Below are positions 8,308-18,700 of a stretch of DNA of 59,765 nucleotides, one piece after another (position 1 is the first letter of the stretch; each line of letters begins with the position of its first letter). The position numbers and the translations under genes were made by a program. Under the pieces are notes generated by a model that worked only from the letters and a program-made list of their open reading frames with translations, was not told the origin of the DNA and made no database searches. The DNA is taken from NCBI GenBank assembly GCA_043809585.1, contig JBDROZ010000109.1:1-59765 (forward strand). The letters run 5' to 3'. Origin of the DNA: Candidatus Eiseniibacteriota bacterium (GTDB taxonomy: Bacteria; Orphanbacterota; Orphanbacteria; Orphanbacterales; Orphanbacteraceae).

Positions 8308-10269
8308 ATGGAATCGTTGATGCCTGCAAAGAGGGTTGCTCCGCCGAGCGCGCTCTGGAGATGCCTCGTCCTGGCGGTTTTCTTGGGTGTTCTGCCGGGG
8401 CTAGGGACGGCGCAAGACGAGGGCGGGGGCAACGCCTCGGCGGGGGTTGGCCAGGGGAAGGCGGCCCCGCCATGGTACGAACTGAAGGATTTCACTGCGG
8501 AAACTCAAGGGAACAAGATCGTAGTTGCGTGGACGAATCCCGTGAGTGAGCTGTTCAGTGAATCAAGGGCGTACATTTCCCAAGACTCGGAGGATCCCGA
8601 GAGCGGTGAGGTGCTCATCGGTGAGAAGGAATTGGAGGGAAATCCCGGCGCCCCCGGGGAGAAGATCCGCTTCGAGCACGAGATCGATCCTTCCAAGACC
8701 GTTTACTACTGGATTCAAGTCTACGATAACGACAATAGACCCTGGATAAGCAAGCGCGGCTCGAAACCGGCGAAATCGGGCACCGAACCGCACGAGGTGG
8801 GGGGTGCCCGGCCCACCCCCCCGCATGACGGGGGGTTCGTCCAAAAACCCCGGTCAAGACTTCAGAAGATCCTAACGTCCTTCACGGATCTTGTTGATTC
8901 CGTTCTGGCAGGGTGGAAAACGATCCTCGTGTTTCTCCTAGGGTCTTACTCCCTTCTCGCGACATATCCACTCGTCAGGGCTTACTTGGACGATGAGGAA
9001 AAGCTCACGTGGAATCGATTCGGCGATGACGGTAGGGGCAGGAAGAAGAACGCGTTTCCCCCATTTTGGACCTCCTCGGAGGTCTTGGCATACACGAAGG
9101 ACCTGGGCGGGGATCAAACCGAGATGAAGCGTCTCAAGCGCCGCCTGGCGGAGGCGGAGGAGAACAGTGCCCGAACCTTGGAAAGAAGGCTCGAAGAGGC
9201 GAGGGAGATGCACGCGGAGGAACTCGGCCGAGTCAATCGAGACTATGCCGCCGCCTCCGACCGACTGAACGGGACGATCGGTACACTCGAATCGGAGCTT
9301 GAGCGCGTCCGGGTGGAACTCGTCGCCAAGGAGGAGGCCCTTGCCGAGGTGGAAGGGAAGCTCTCCGAGACGTTGAAAGAGCTCCGACGGTCGCAGAAGG
9401 ATCGGGCGGGGCTGGCGGAGGAGAAGAGCCGGCTGGAGTCGAAGCTTCAAGCCATGGTCGCCGGCTTCTCGAAGGCACTCGGGCCTGAACTCTCGTCATC
9501 CCTCGACCGACTCCAGCTGCAGATTGTTCCCTTGGTCGTGGGCGATCCGGAGGGCGGAAGAGACGGAGGGGAGCGGTTGGAGAAGCTGACCGTCGTCGTG
9601 GGCAGTGTCCGGAACCTCGGCGCCTCCGTCGACCGGAGGGAGTGGACCGAGCTGATCGGAAAGGAAGGGGCGGGTCTGAAGCACCTGCCGGGCGCGATCC
9701 GGGAGCTGAGCGAGATCGCGGTGCAGACGGACAACAAGTCGGGAAATCTGTTCGGGTCAGGTACGAGGGGAAGCACCTTCGATTTCCCCGACCCGAGCGA
9801 CCCAGAGTTCGCGAAGAAGGTCGAGGCCTCCCGTTTCCAATCGCTCACCGCAGCGATCGTCGACAGTCTCGGCCGGGCGAAACGGATCGCGGAGGCGGGC
9901 GTCGACATCTCGGTCCTGGAGCAGCAGCTCCGCAAGTACATCCTGGACGAGGCGGCGTCTAAGTTCTTCGTCGCCGAGGCGGAAGCCCGCATGCAGGCGG
10001 CCGATCTCGGCCCGAGGCTGACCGAGAAGATCGGCGAACTCAAGGCCCAGCTCGTGAACTTGCTCAGGAAGGAGTACTCCCTCGATCCCCAAGAGATCAC
10101 GCCGGGCCAGCTCTTCAACGACAAGGAATTCCGCATCGCCGGATCGTCTGGGATCGAGCAGTACCCCACGGTGCGGCAGAACGGCATTGCCGAAGTCGTG
10201 ACGTGGGGCTACCGGCAGGCTGGATCCGACAAGGTCGTTCAAAAGGCGGAGGTCATCGTTCGGTCGTAA
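8308..10269 (+). CDS. Single-pass membrane protein: signal peptide, FN3-like domain, TM, coiled coil, C-terminal GrpE-like domain
   Basis: Signal LVLAVFLGVLPGLGTA; FTAE..IVVAWTNP..VYYWIQVYD; TM TILVFLLGSYSLLATYPLV; C-terminus PGQLFND..IAEVVTWGY..VVQKAEVIV. Confidence 0.75.
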   Translation: MESLMPAKRVAPPSALWRCLVLAVFLGVLPGLGTAQDEGGGNASAGVGQGKAAPPWYELKDFTAETQGNKIVVAWTNPVSELFSESRAYISQDSEDPESGEVLIGEKELEGNPGAPGEKIRFEHEIDPSKTVYYWIQVYDNDNRPWISKRGSKPAKSGTEPHEVGGARPTPPHDGGFVQKPRSRLQKILTSFTDLVDSVLAGWKTILVFLLGSYSLLATYPLVRAYLDDEEKLTWNRFGDDGRGRKKNAFPPFWTSSEVLAYTKDLGGDQTEMKRLKRRLAEAEENSARTLERRLEEAREMHAEELGRVNRDYAAASDRLNGTIGTLESELERVRVELVAKEEALAEVEGKLSETLKELRRSQKDRAGLAEEKSRLESKLQAMVAGFSKALGPELSSSLDRLQLQIVPLVVGDPEGGRDGGERLEKLTVVVGSVRNLGASVDRREWTELIGKEGAGLKHLPGAIRELSEIAVQTDNKSGNLFGSGTRGSTFDFPDPSDPEFAKKVEASRFQSLTAAIVDSLGRAKRIAEAGVDISVLEQQLRKYILDEAASKFFVAEAEARMQAADLGPRLTEKIGELKAQLVNLLRKEYSLDPQEITPGQLFNDKEFRIAGSSGIEQYPTVRQNGIAEVVTWGYRQAGSDKVVQKAEVIVRS

Positions 10270-10298
10270 GACGAGCCGAACGGAAGTGAGGCGGATCG

Positions 10299-11723
10299 TT
10301 GGCGCTTAATCTCGCGTTTCTGGACAGCATGACCGACTACTTCGGCGCCGCCGACCATGCCCTCGAGGGTCTCGGTGGTATTCCGTCATTGCCCGTGCTC
10401 TCCGTGGAAGAAGGAGATCTTGAGAGGGAGAAAGACGGCGTCTCGAGAATGCTCCTTCCCGAAGTTCCGGGGCTGGACGAAGTGGTTCGCCTGAGACCGG
10501 TCGGTTGCGCCCCTCCCGGCCTCGAAATGGTGAATGGTGAGGCTGGCAAGTGGATCGCATCGGACCTCTCCGCCGGTGAGGGCGGCGGGGGTCCTCATTA
10601 CTATCAAGCGAACCGTGCGGACGGTTCTGCTGTTCTGCTCCTACGCTTCTCGCCCTCCGAGAATGGCGGCGGACGCCTGCGATTCGCGGACGGTACCAGG
10701 AGGAGCCCGATCGGCCCGGCCCTCGTCACCCTTTCAGGCCGGCTCGAACGAGAGGGGGGCCAACCGGAAGGCAGGGGATGGCGATTCTCGGAAGACAGAC
10801 GCTCGGTAGTAGGCGATATCACCGTGACACCAACCACAACGGAGGGGAGGTCCCTCTGGCTCGAAACCGATGACCCATGGCTTCAGGTGGCGGTGGGTAG
10901 CGACGACCGCCCTCTCTGGTCGAGCCGAGCGACCGTGTCCGCGGACTCGGGAGACACAGCGCTCTTTCGTGTCTTCCTCCCTGAGTTCCAGGTTGGATCC
11001 CTCCGCTCATCGATACGGCTCTGCGCCCGGGACGAAGGAAAGAATATCTCTATTCTCGACGAGCTCTGCCTCACCTTCGTTCACCACTCCATTCCGTCCT
11101 TGGATGAGGCCGCCAACCGCATCCGGAACCAAATCGCACCCGTCCACCTTCCTCGTGGGCGAGGCAGGCTCTGGGTCGCGGATATGGACAACCGGCGGAC
11201 AAAGGCGATCATTCTCACCCTCGGGAGAGGGCCTCTCCGGTTCTCCGACGCGCTCGGAACGGAGGGCCCGATGCGGACCAACCTTCCTGGTCTCTCGAGG
11301 AAACTCGTCTACTTCCTCGGGCTCGATCGGGAGCGGGGTGCCCGCCAGGGAACCCAGTCGCTCAAGCTCTCGAGCGGGAATGAGGAGGCCTTGGTTGAAA
11401 TCCCGATTGCTCGGATCGGAGAAGGCTTTCGGGGCCGGTGGGCCCCGTTGGTGGGAGACAGGGCGGAGCTCCGGATCAAGCCTCTTCTCGGCGTGTTCCT
11501 CAGATACGAGGTAATTGTGGAGGGGGTCGAGTGCCCGGTGGAGAAGGACGAGACGGACCGTATCGTGTTTTCATCCGAGGGTGCGGAAGCTCTCCGGGCG
11601 GGGAAGGAAGCCATCGTCATCGAACGGGGTTCGGGCACCGTCCATCGGTTCGACTTGACAGGCGGCGTCCCTTCCGAGAAGAAGAGAGGATCGAAGAAGA
11701 AAGCGAAGAAGGGGGGAGACTGA
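10299..11723 (+). CDS. Hypothetical beta-rich protein (possible BACON/Ig-like domains)
   Basis: 474-aa ORF filling the operon gap; LWLETDDPWLQV resembles BACON-type motifs. Start uncertain (TTG 10299 or ATG 10329). Confidence 0.65.
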   Translation: MALNLAFLDSMTDYFGAADHALEGLGGIPSLPVLSVEEGDLEREKDGVSRMLLPEVPGLDEVVRLRPVGCAPPGLEMVNGEAGKWIASDLSAGEGGGGPHYYQANRADGSAVLLLRFSPSENGGGRLRFADGTRRSPIGPALVTLSGRLEREGGQPEGRGWRFSEDRRSVVGDITVTPTTTEGRSLWLETDDPWLQVAVGSDDRPLWSSRATVSADSGDTALFRVFLPEFQVGSLRSSIRLCARDEGKNISILDELCLTFVHHSIPSLDEAANRIRNQIAPVHLPRGRGRLWVADMDNRRTKAIILTLGRGPLRFSDALGTEGPMRTNLPGLSRKLVYFLGLDRERGARQGTQSLKLSSGNEEALVEIPIARIGEGFRGRWAPLVGDRAELRIKPLLGVFLRYEVIVEGVECPVEKDETDRIVFSSEGAEALRAGKEAIVIERGSGTVHRFDLTGGVPSEKKRGSKKKAKKGGD

Positions 11724-11726
11724 GTT

Positions 11727-13061
11727 TTGGAGGTTGGCTGCCCCTACGTGGAATGCACGACCGACACCCTTGAGAAGGATGTCGGTGCCTGCCCGTCGTG
11801 CGGTCATCGTGTGCGCCGCTGTGCGGAGTGCGGATCGACGAACAGGTTGTTCGCCACGTTTTGCCGCATTTGCGGCGAAACCTTCCGACGGGATCATACG
11901 AAGTGGACCCAGAGGATGGGTGGGCCCTTGCGAACGGGGTCCGTCGATCTGTGGAAGGGCCTGGAGCCTGCTGCGAAACCGAAAATCACCTGCGGCCTCA
12001 CCGGAGAGACATCCCCGATCCTAGGCGGCATGGTGAGCGGGTTCGGGATGCTCTACGGCAGAACTCGGGACGGCTCGGTAGTCGAACTTTCCCAAGACGA
12101 CTTGAAATGTCATCGCACCTGGGTATTCCATGGGATGGGGGAGGAGGAGAAGCGATACAGTACGCCGATTCTTTCCGGGACGGACCTCTTCGTATTCGGA
12201 AGCCGTTCGGTGTGCAAATGCCGGCTCATTCGCGAGAAGGGAAGCGAAACCACAGTGGAGATCCCCGAGTCGCTCGTGATTCTCCCGAACCGCGTCGCCG
12301 TATCGAACGATCACGTCTTCCTCGTCGTCTACGACAACGAGGTGCGGGGACAGAAACTGATCTGCCTCTCGAGGAACGTGGATCCGAAGGAAGGCATTCT
12401 CTGGGAGGCCGAGCCGTTTCCGGACGGGGCGACGATCAGCGCCCCGCTCGTCATCCGGGAGCGGTGCGTCTTGGGCGACTCGGGGGGAAGGGTCTACCTG
12501 TTCCAGGGAAAGGGAGGTCCCTTCCCCACAGGGAAGACCTCGGAGGGACGGGAGGCTGGGCTCGGCTACAACGTGAGGGTCGATCCGATCGGTATCGACA
12601 CCAAGGCCTACTTCCTCTCGGAGGACCTGGACGGGGGACGGGATCGGATCATCTATAAGGTGAATGTCGCCGACTCCATGTTCCCAATTCCGTTCGCACG
12701 GCTCGGTGGCTGCTCACCCGTCGCCGTGTGTTACGCAAAACGGTTTTGGTTCGTGCAGCTCTCGGACGGCTACTGCCACCTCGACCCGGGGGGCGGGTTG
12801 ATCGGCCGGACCTCCGGAGGCGCCATGGTGGGGGTCCGGGACGACGTTCCGCCCACGATCATCGGTCCCTACATATTCACGATGACCTCTTCCGGCCGGG
12901 TCCATACCACGGTTTATACCGGCGGCAAGTGTTTTACACGTCCTTATTTTCCAGAGGGCCTTCAGCATGGTGGCGCGTTCACCAGTCTCGTGCCGGGCGA
13001 CGGCGCTCTCTTCGGGGCGCGGGAGGACGGACTTATCTGCAAAATCGTGATCGACGGCTGA
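11727..13061 (+). CDS. Double zinc ribbon plus PQQ-like beta-propeller protein
   Basis: CPYVEC..CPSC..CAEC..CRIC; WTQRMGGPLRTG; repeated STPIL/SAPLV/GDSGGRVYLF blades. Confidence 0.8.
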   Translation: MEVGCPYVECTTDTLEKDVGACPSCGHRVRRCAECGSTNRLFATFCRICGETFRRDHTKWTQRMGGPLRTGSVDLWKGLEPAAKPKITCGLTGETSPILGGMVSGFGMLYGRTRDGSVVELSQDDLKCHRTWVFHGMGEEEKRYSTPILSGTDLFVFGSRSVCKCRLIREKGSETTVEIPESLVILPNRVAVSNDHVFLVVYDNEVRGQKLICLSRNVDPKEGILWEAEPFPDGATISAPLVIRERCVLGDSGGRVYLFQGKGGPFPTGKTSEGREAGLGYNVRVDPIGIDTKAYFLSEDLDGGRDRIIYKVNVADSMFPIPFARLGGCSPVAVCYAKRFWFVQLSDGYCHLDPGGGLIGRTSGGAMVGVRDDVPPTIIGPYIFTMTSSGRVHTTVYTGGKCFTRPYFPEGLQHGGAFTSLVPGDGALFGAREDGLICKIVIDG

Positions 13062-13131
13062 CCCGTCAGTATGTGCCTCGAAGGCGGCGGGCGGCAGGAA
13101 TCCGAGAGAAACGGGGGCGACTGAGGTAATC

Positions 13132-14877
13132 ATGAAGGGAAGAAATCGAGGCCTGGTCTTGTGTCTGGGGGGAATGGTCCTGCTACTTCCCCTTGCCTCA
13201 ACGTTCGCGCAGCAGGAGACGGCGCCGGGTCAGTCGATGGGTCATGTGGTCCTTTTCGACGTGTCGGGAAGCATGAGGCTCGAGTGGCAGACAGAGGCGA
13301 ACCGACGGATGATGGAGCGGTGCCTTCTCGCGAACGGCGATGTGATCCGGGACGAGGAGGGTGTCGTCGCCCGGGCGATCACGGCGCACAACGTCGTCGG
13401 TGGCCCGGACGATCCGAGCCGCTACTGGCCGCAACAGGGCGAACAGGCCCGGGTCGCGGTGGGAAGCCGGGAGGGGGTGGCGCGCGAAATCACGAATCGG
13501 ATCGAACCGACCAATGAGAACACCGATCTCCATTCCGCATGGAACGCGGGACGGACGGAGGCCGGGCGATACCTAGGTGCCACGCCTTCCATCGTATGGA
13601 TGATCACCGATAACTGGCAGGACACGGGGGGAGATGGGCAGGAGGAGATGGACGCGTTTTACGCGTCTCTCCAGGCGGACTCGGTGGTTGCGGCGGTGTA
13701 CCTTGTCCCCCTCATCCGAAACCCGGACGGGGAGAACGAGAATCTCGTGCTCTACGCGATTCTCGTCACCTCCCGAAACACCAGGGAGTGGGCCTCTCAT
13801 AGTCTAAAGATGAGACTGGATAAGATGCTGGAAGCGTTCCGGAAGGAGGAAGGCCTAGTCGACTACGCTCTTCGGAGGATCCCTTGCAAGTTCACGATCG
13901 ACGATTCTCCGAAGATCGAAAAAGGATCAATGGGTTTCGAGAATACCTCCAATATGCCAATCGAGTTCGAGGTGGACGGAAAGACTCTCGTTTTCGAGAA
14001 CCTGAGGGTCGGGATGCCCGTCGAGGGAAAGCTCAGCTTCAAGATGCGCTCCTATCTCGAGGAGTGGAGCCTTCAGGGGGCGCCACTGAAGCCCGCGTTG
14101 TTCCGCTTCTCCCCGCCCCGGCACGGCGTCCTGAAGAAGCCACCGGGTTGCGAGAAGCAAATCACGCCTCCGGTGATCGACTCGAAGCCGGGGGAGGTGA
14201 CCGAGTCGACCTACGAGATCCGCTTCTTCGGCAGCGACGCCCTTTTCACGCCGGCCATGGGCCGAAGGCCTCTCCGTGTCTTCTTCCCAGGTGCGGAGGA
14301 CGTGGTCGAGGGGAAGATGTCCCTCGTCATCTCCGTCGATGTGAGCCGGAACATCCGAATCGACGACACCGCTCTCGAAGTGCTAGACGGCAAGATCCAT
14401 CTCATAGGGGGGATCAAGCGTTTCATTCGGGGGGGCGGGGACTCGACGGACGTTAAGCGAATCGTCGACCTCCCGCCCGCGGCGTACGATCTTGAATTCC
14501 ACGTACCGACAACCGTCAAGGTCCTCGGAATTCCGGCCGGACTGCTTGTTCTCCTTCTCATCGGCCTTGGTGCCGGCGCAGTTCTCGCCTTTGGTCTCCT
14601 GCCAAAGAAAGCGAACATTTCGGTCGACGAGGAGCCGCACGAGGAGGTCGCTGTCCGGGCCTTCGGAGGCATGCACAGGATCAAACGGGACGGCGCGACC
14701 CTCGGGGCGCTCTCGGCGCGGTTCTTCGGAGGAACGGCCTTCAAGATTCCGGCAGGAGCCCGGTTCGACGAGGGGGCCGGAAGAACGCGTCTCATCGGCC
14801 GGGAGCCGGCGGCGTTCACCATTCTCGTGAAGAATATGGAGTACGAAATCAGAATCACGCCCATCGTGAGGGGGTAG
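13132..14877 (+). CDS. Exported vWA-domain protein with C-terminal TM and cytoplasmic tail
   Basis: Signal peptide; MIDAS VVLFDVSGSM, NTDLHSA, WMITD; TM GIPAGLLVLLLIGLGAGAVLAFGLL. Confidence 0.85.
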   Translation: MKGRNRGLVLCLGGMVLLLPLASTFAQQETAPGQSMGHVVLFDVSGSMRLEWQTEANRRMMERCLLANGDVIRDEEGVVARAITAHNVVGGPDDPSRYWPQQGEQARVAVGSREGVAREITNRIEPTNENTDLHSAWNAGRTEAGRYLGATPSIVWMITDNWQDTGGDGQEEMDAFYASLQADSVVAAVYLVPLIRNPDGENENLVLYAILVTSRNTREWASHSLKMRLDKMLEAFRKEEGLVDYALRRIPCKFTIDDSPKIEKGSMGFENTSNMPIEFEVDGKTLVFENLRVGMPVEGKLSFKMRSYLEEWSLQGAPLKPALFRFSPPRHGVLKKPPGCEKQITPPVIDSKPGEVTESTYEIRFFGSDALFTPAMGRRPLRVFFPGAEDVVEGKMSLVISVDVSRNIRIDDTALEVLDGKIHLIGGIKRFIRGGGDSTDVKRIVDLPPAAYDLEFHVPTTVKVLGIPAGLLVLLLIGLGAGAVLAFGLLPKKANISVDEEPHEEVAVRAFGGMHRIKRDGATLGALSARFFGGTAFKIPAGARFDEGAGRTRLIGREPAAFTILVKNMEYEIRITPIVRG

Positions 14878-14880
14878 CCG

Positions 14881-15708
14881 ATGATTGGTGTCACTTCATG
14901 CCGGGTCTCGCGTGTCCAGTTCACGGGTCTCCTGATCCTCTTCTTGGCAACGGCCCTGTCGCCCCCGCGGGCCCACGGTCAGCAGAATGCCTGGGGGGGG
15001 GGTGATGTATTCGTCACGGATGTGATCGGCGTCGAGGTGCGTGATCTGGACCAACGCCTGATCAGGAATTGGGAACGGCTTCTCTGTGTGCGGCTGGACG
15101 AAACGTGGCTTCAGCAGATGAATGAACAGGGCATCTTCGTCCCCGATCCCCTCGTCGGCGAAAAGGACGCGGTCCAATACGTGTACGCCGACGAAGAGTA
15201 CGAGCACCGGTTCGACACGAACGAGAACGGCCGGGTGCGCATACCGGTCGCCAAACCGGGCCAGGACGGCCCAGGGAATGTGGGATACCAGTACGTCTTC
15301 CGCGACTGGAAGGGACGCCTCCGCCATGAAGACGTGGATAGGTTCTTCATGCAGCGGGATGCGGAACCCACCCTACCCGGCACGATTTTCGCACCATGGC
15401 ACACCTACCGGTCGCCGAGAGAGTGGTTGGCCGTAATCGGGCTCTACCTGCTGGCCATGCTGTTCGTCACGTTCGGCCTCTATCGACCCTTCTACGTTTG
15501 GAGGCTGCACCGGAGCGACGCCGCCCTCAAGTCCCGTGATTGGGCGGTCTCTCTCTGGCTCTTTTTCGCCTTCGCCCTCTGGGGCGTGATCGTGTGGATG
15601 TGGGCGCCAAGGCCCTATTACATTTGGACCACCCTCGGCGTCCTCGGTTTGGTCTGGCTGCTCTATCTCCTGATCAACGCGGCGCGCCCGCGGGAAGAAG
15701 GAATCTAA
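14881..15708 (+). CDS. Membrane protein (signal peptide, extracytoplasmic domain, three C-terminal TMs)
   Basis: N-terminal hydrophobic signal ending AHG and three hydrophobic stretches near the C-terminus. Confidence 0.75.
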   Translation: MIGVTSCRVSRVQFTGLLILFLATALSPPRAHGQQNAWGGGDVFVTDVIGVEVRDLDQRLIRNWERLLCVRLDETWLQQMNEQGIFVPDPLVGEKDAVQYVYADEEYEHRFDTNENGRVRIPVAKPGQDGPGNVGYQYVFRDWKGRLRHEDVDRFFMQRDAEPTLPGTIFAPWHTYRSPREWLAVIGLYLLAMLFVTFGLYRPFYVWRLHRSDAALKSRDWAVSLWLFFAFALWGVIVWMWAPRPYYIWTTLGVLGLVWLLYLLINAARPREEGI

Positions 15709-15769
15709 CAGGTGGCGGGCCCTGGAAGAGTAGAAGCCGACCCTCCGGGATCATTCGGATGGAGGAATC

Positions 15770-18700
15770 ATGAACGAAACAGGCACCACAAAGGATAAGA
15801 CAAGGAAGGCACCGGCGGTCATTATCGGCCTCGGGGGAACGGGGGCGGAAGTCCTTCTTCGTGTGCGCAGGAAGTTCTTTGAAGCTTCAGCGACATTGTC
15901 ATTGGAAGAGTTCCCTATCGTCCGCTACCTCTACCTGGATACGGACGAGGCGGACAAGCAGATCGCCCGCTACAACCAGCACCTCTTTAATTTCAAGCAG
16001 AGCGAACAGTTCATGACCACCATCGACCACTGGGCGAGCTTTACCCACCAATTGCAGGATTTTTCAACGCTCAGGAAGTGGTGGTACGAAGACCAGGTCG
16101 ATCTTCTGCAACCAGCTCTTAATGCTGGTGCCGGACAGATGCGAGCCTACGGGAGACTCGCCTTTTGGCACCACGCAGCGGCAATCAGAAACGCGGTTGG
16201 TTCGGCGATTGATTCGGCGAAGAGCCCGGCCAGTCGAAAGAAGATGACTGATCAGGGATTTACAGTCACATCGGAAAGGACTGAGATCTACCTGGTTTGC
16301 TCCGTTGCCGGCGGCACGGGGGGCGGGATGCTATTCGACATGGGCTATCTTCTCAGGGACATATCGAAGGGCAAACTCTCGATCAACGCCTTCATCGTTC
16401 TTCCTTCGTCCTTTCTCGGCATCCCCGAGGTGAAAGAAGAAAAGGTGAAGGCGAACGGGTACGCGGCGCTAAAGGAACTCGAGTACTACTGCAGCCGGGG
16501 CCTCCGAAAGTCGGTGTTCGACGACAAGTGGCAGGACAACCGGCCCACGTCTCCCATCTTCCAGACTTCCCCGTTCGATCGAATCTTTCTCTTCGACGCC
16601 AACAACGAGGGGAATCAGTCGCTCGCCGAGCACGTGGCCCGGGGCGGCCTGACCGACATGATCGCCGATAATATCTACCTCGACTACGGCCTCTCCAAGT
16701 TCGCCGAAGAGAAGCGATCAGTCTACGTAAACCATGATCAGTTTCTTCAGGGAGAGTACCCGTGGATCCACCACGATCCGGTTTCGGGAAAGGACGTCCT
16801 GACCGAGGTATGGATCAAAGCGTTTCAGTCCCTCGGCATCGCGAAGATCTACGTTCCGATCCACCGGATCAAGAAGGCGTGCGCCTGCCGCCTCTGGTCG
16901 AAGGTGTTCAATCTTCTCGGTGCCGGCGAATTCGAGGGGGACGTGGCCAAGATCCGCGACGGGCTGCTCGCGAAAGGTGATGTGCCCGCCCACGTGGGGC
17001 GGAGGAGGATCGACGAGCGGGAGCGGAAGGTGGACGACTTCCGGGCCCACCTGGAGAAGAGTACCTCGGAAGGGAAATCTCTGGAGAGGGTGATCAGCGA
17101 GAGGGTTCTCGAAATTCAGATGTCGATCCAGCGTGGCGACGCGGAGAAAGAGAGCGAGGAGAGGCACGAGTTCCTGGAGAGGAAGATCAAAGGCCTGTAC
17201 GACCGGCTGTTTGTGGAGCCGAGCAAGAGCAAGAAGGACTATCAGGAGTGGGGCGAGGTGTTCCGTCAGATCGAGCTGAATCGGCGCAACTACGAGAAGG
17301 AACTCGAGAAGTCGCTCCGGAAGCTGACGGATAATCTGATGTCCGACGCTGAGAAGGGCATAGGTTACGCTTCAGAAGTCCTCCGGTCGTTCCATTCCTA
17401 CTTCACCCACGAGACGCACGGTTACTGTCACGTCTTCGAGGACAGGATCAAGTCCGCGGAGAAGTTCGTGGAGGCAGCGAGCCGTGAGTACCAGGCGCGC
17501 GTTCTCGCCTTGCAGCAGCACGAGGCGTGGGGCGTCATGGACGGTCCATTCTTGAAGGGGTCTACGATTCGCTATGACATCAAGATGGCCGGGAAGGCAG
17601 CGAACGACTACTTCCAGGCGATCTTCGACCGGCGGATTCTCGAGGCGAGCAAAGAGATTTGCGAAGCCATGGTCGAGGTGATCGGAGAGAGCGACAAGGC
17701 GGAGTGGACCGGTCTTCTCGGGAATCTCCAGAAGCTCAAGATGAACCTCGACGCTCTCGCCGACGGCATGGCGATCCGGGAGAGGCAATTCAGCGAGAAG
17801 GAGCACGACCCGGTCAACAGGTGCATCTACGAAGAGGAACAGCTCCGGGACCGCTACTTCCCGATGGCCCTCGGGCTGAAGAAGGAGGACTGGAAAAACA
17901 AAAAGGTGATCGAGGGGGCATGCCGGGACATGGCACCCCGCCTTCTCATGGATCTGGAGGTGACGATCGACGAGGTTGTGCGGCACGGCATCAAGGTGAA
18001 GGAGATCCCGGAGGTGGCGGACGCCCTCGGACTTGACGATTTCCAGATCGCCCTGATCTCCCAGTCTCTCAGGCACTTCTCAAAGCTCGACGAAGTAAAT
18101 GTCATCGACGTCTTCCTGGAAGACGTCCCCGCCGCAGACCAGGGGGGGATGATCGAGGAGCTGCTCGACCTCGCCCTTCCTTGGTTTCAGAAAGACGCGC
18201 AGCATGTTGGTTCCCCCGAAATCACTTCAACAGTCGTTGGCTGCCACCGGGAAAACAAACCGAGTCACCAGGCTTGGTGGGCCCAGACCAGCCAGAGTGT
18301 CAAGGCGAAGTTTCCAAAGCTCACCGAAAGGGAAATGGCGGAGAAGGACACCATCATCTTCTTCTCCCAGATGACCGGTTTCCCACTCTGCTACGGAAGC
18401 AGTGTCCGGGATCTCCGAACTCACTACGAGGAGCTCGTACGGGGGGACCACGACCGGCTTCATATTTCGAAAGACGAGATCAAGTACCCCGATCTCGTCA
18501 AGCTGGACGAGCAGGCGTGGATGAAACTCCGGCGGGCGAAGGAGTTGTTCATTCTCGGTATCGCTACGGGTGTTATCCGCGAGCGAAAGGAACCCGTTGC
18601 CGGCACGGAGTCGCAGCGGACCATGTACTTCTATGAGTACATGGAATTCGGTGAGAAATTCCAGAAGGACATCGGGACCGTGAACACGGTTATCCGCCAA

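Noticed and set aside
14993-15002. G10 tract as a phase-variation switch in the 3-TM gene
   Set aside because: Similar in-frame G/C runs occur in housekeeping genes (hemE about 30955, methyltransferase about 42777), so there is no specific support without reads.
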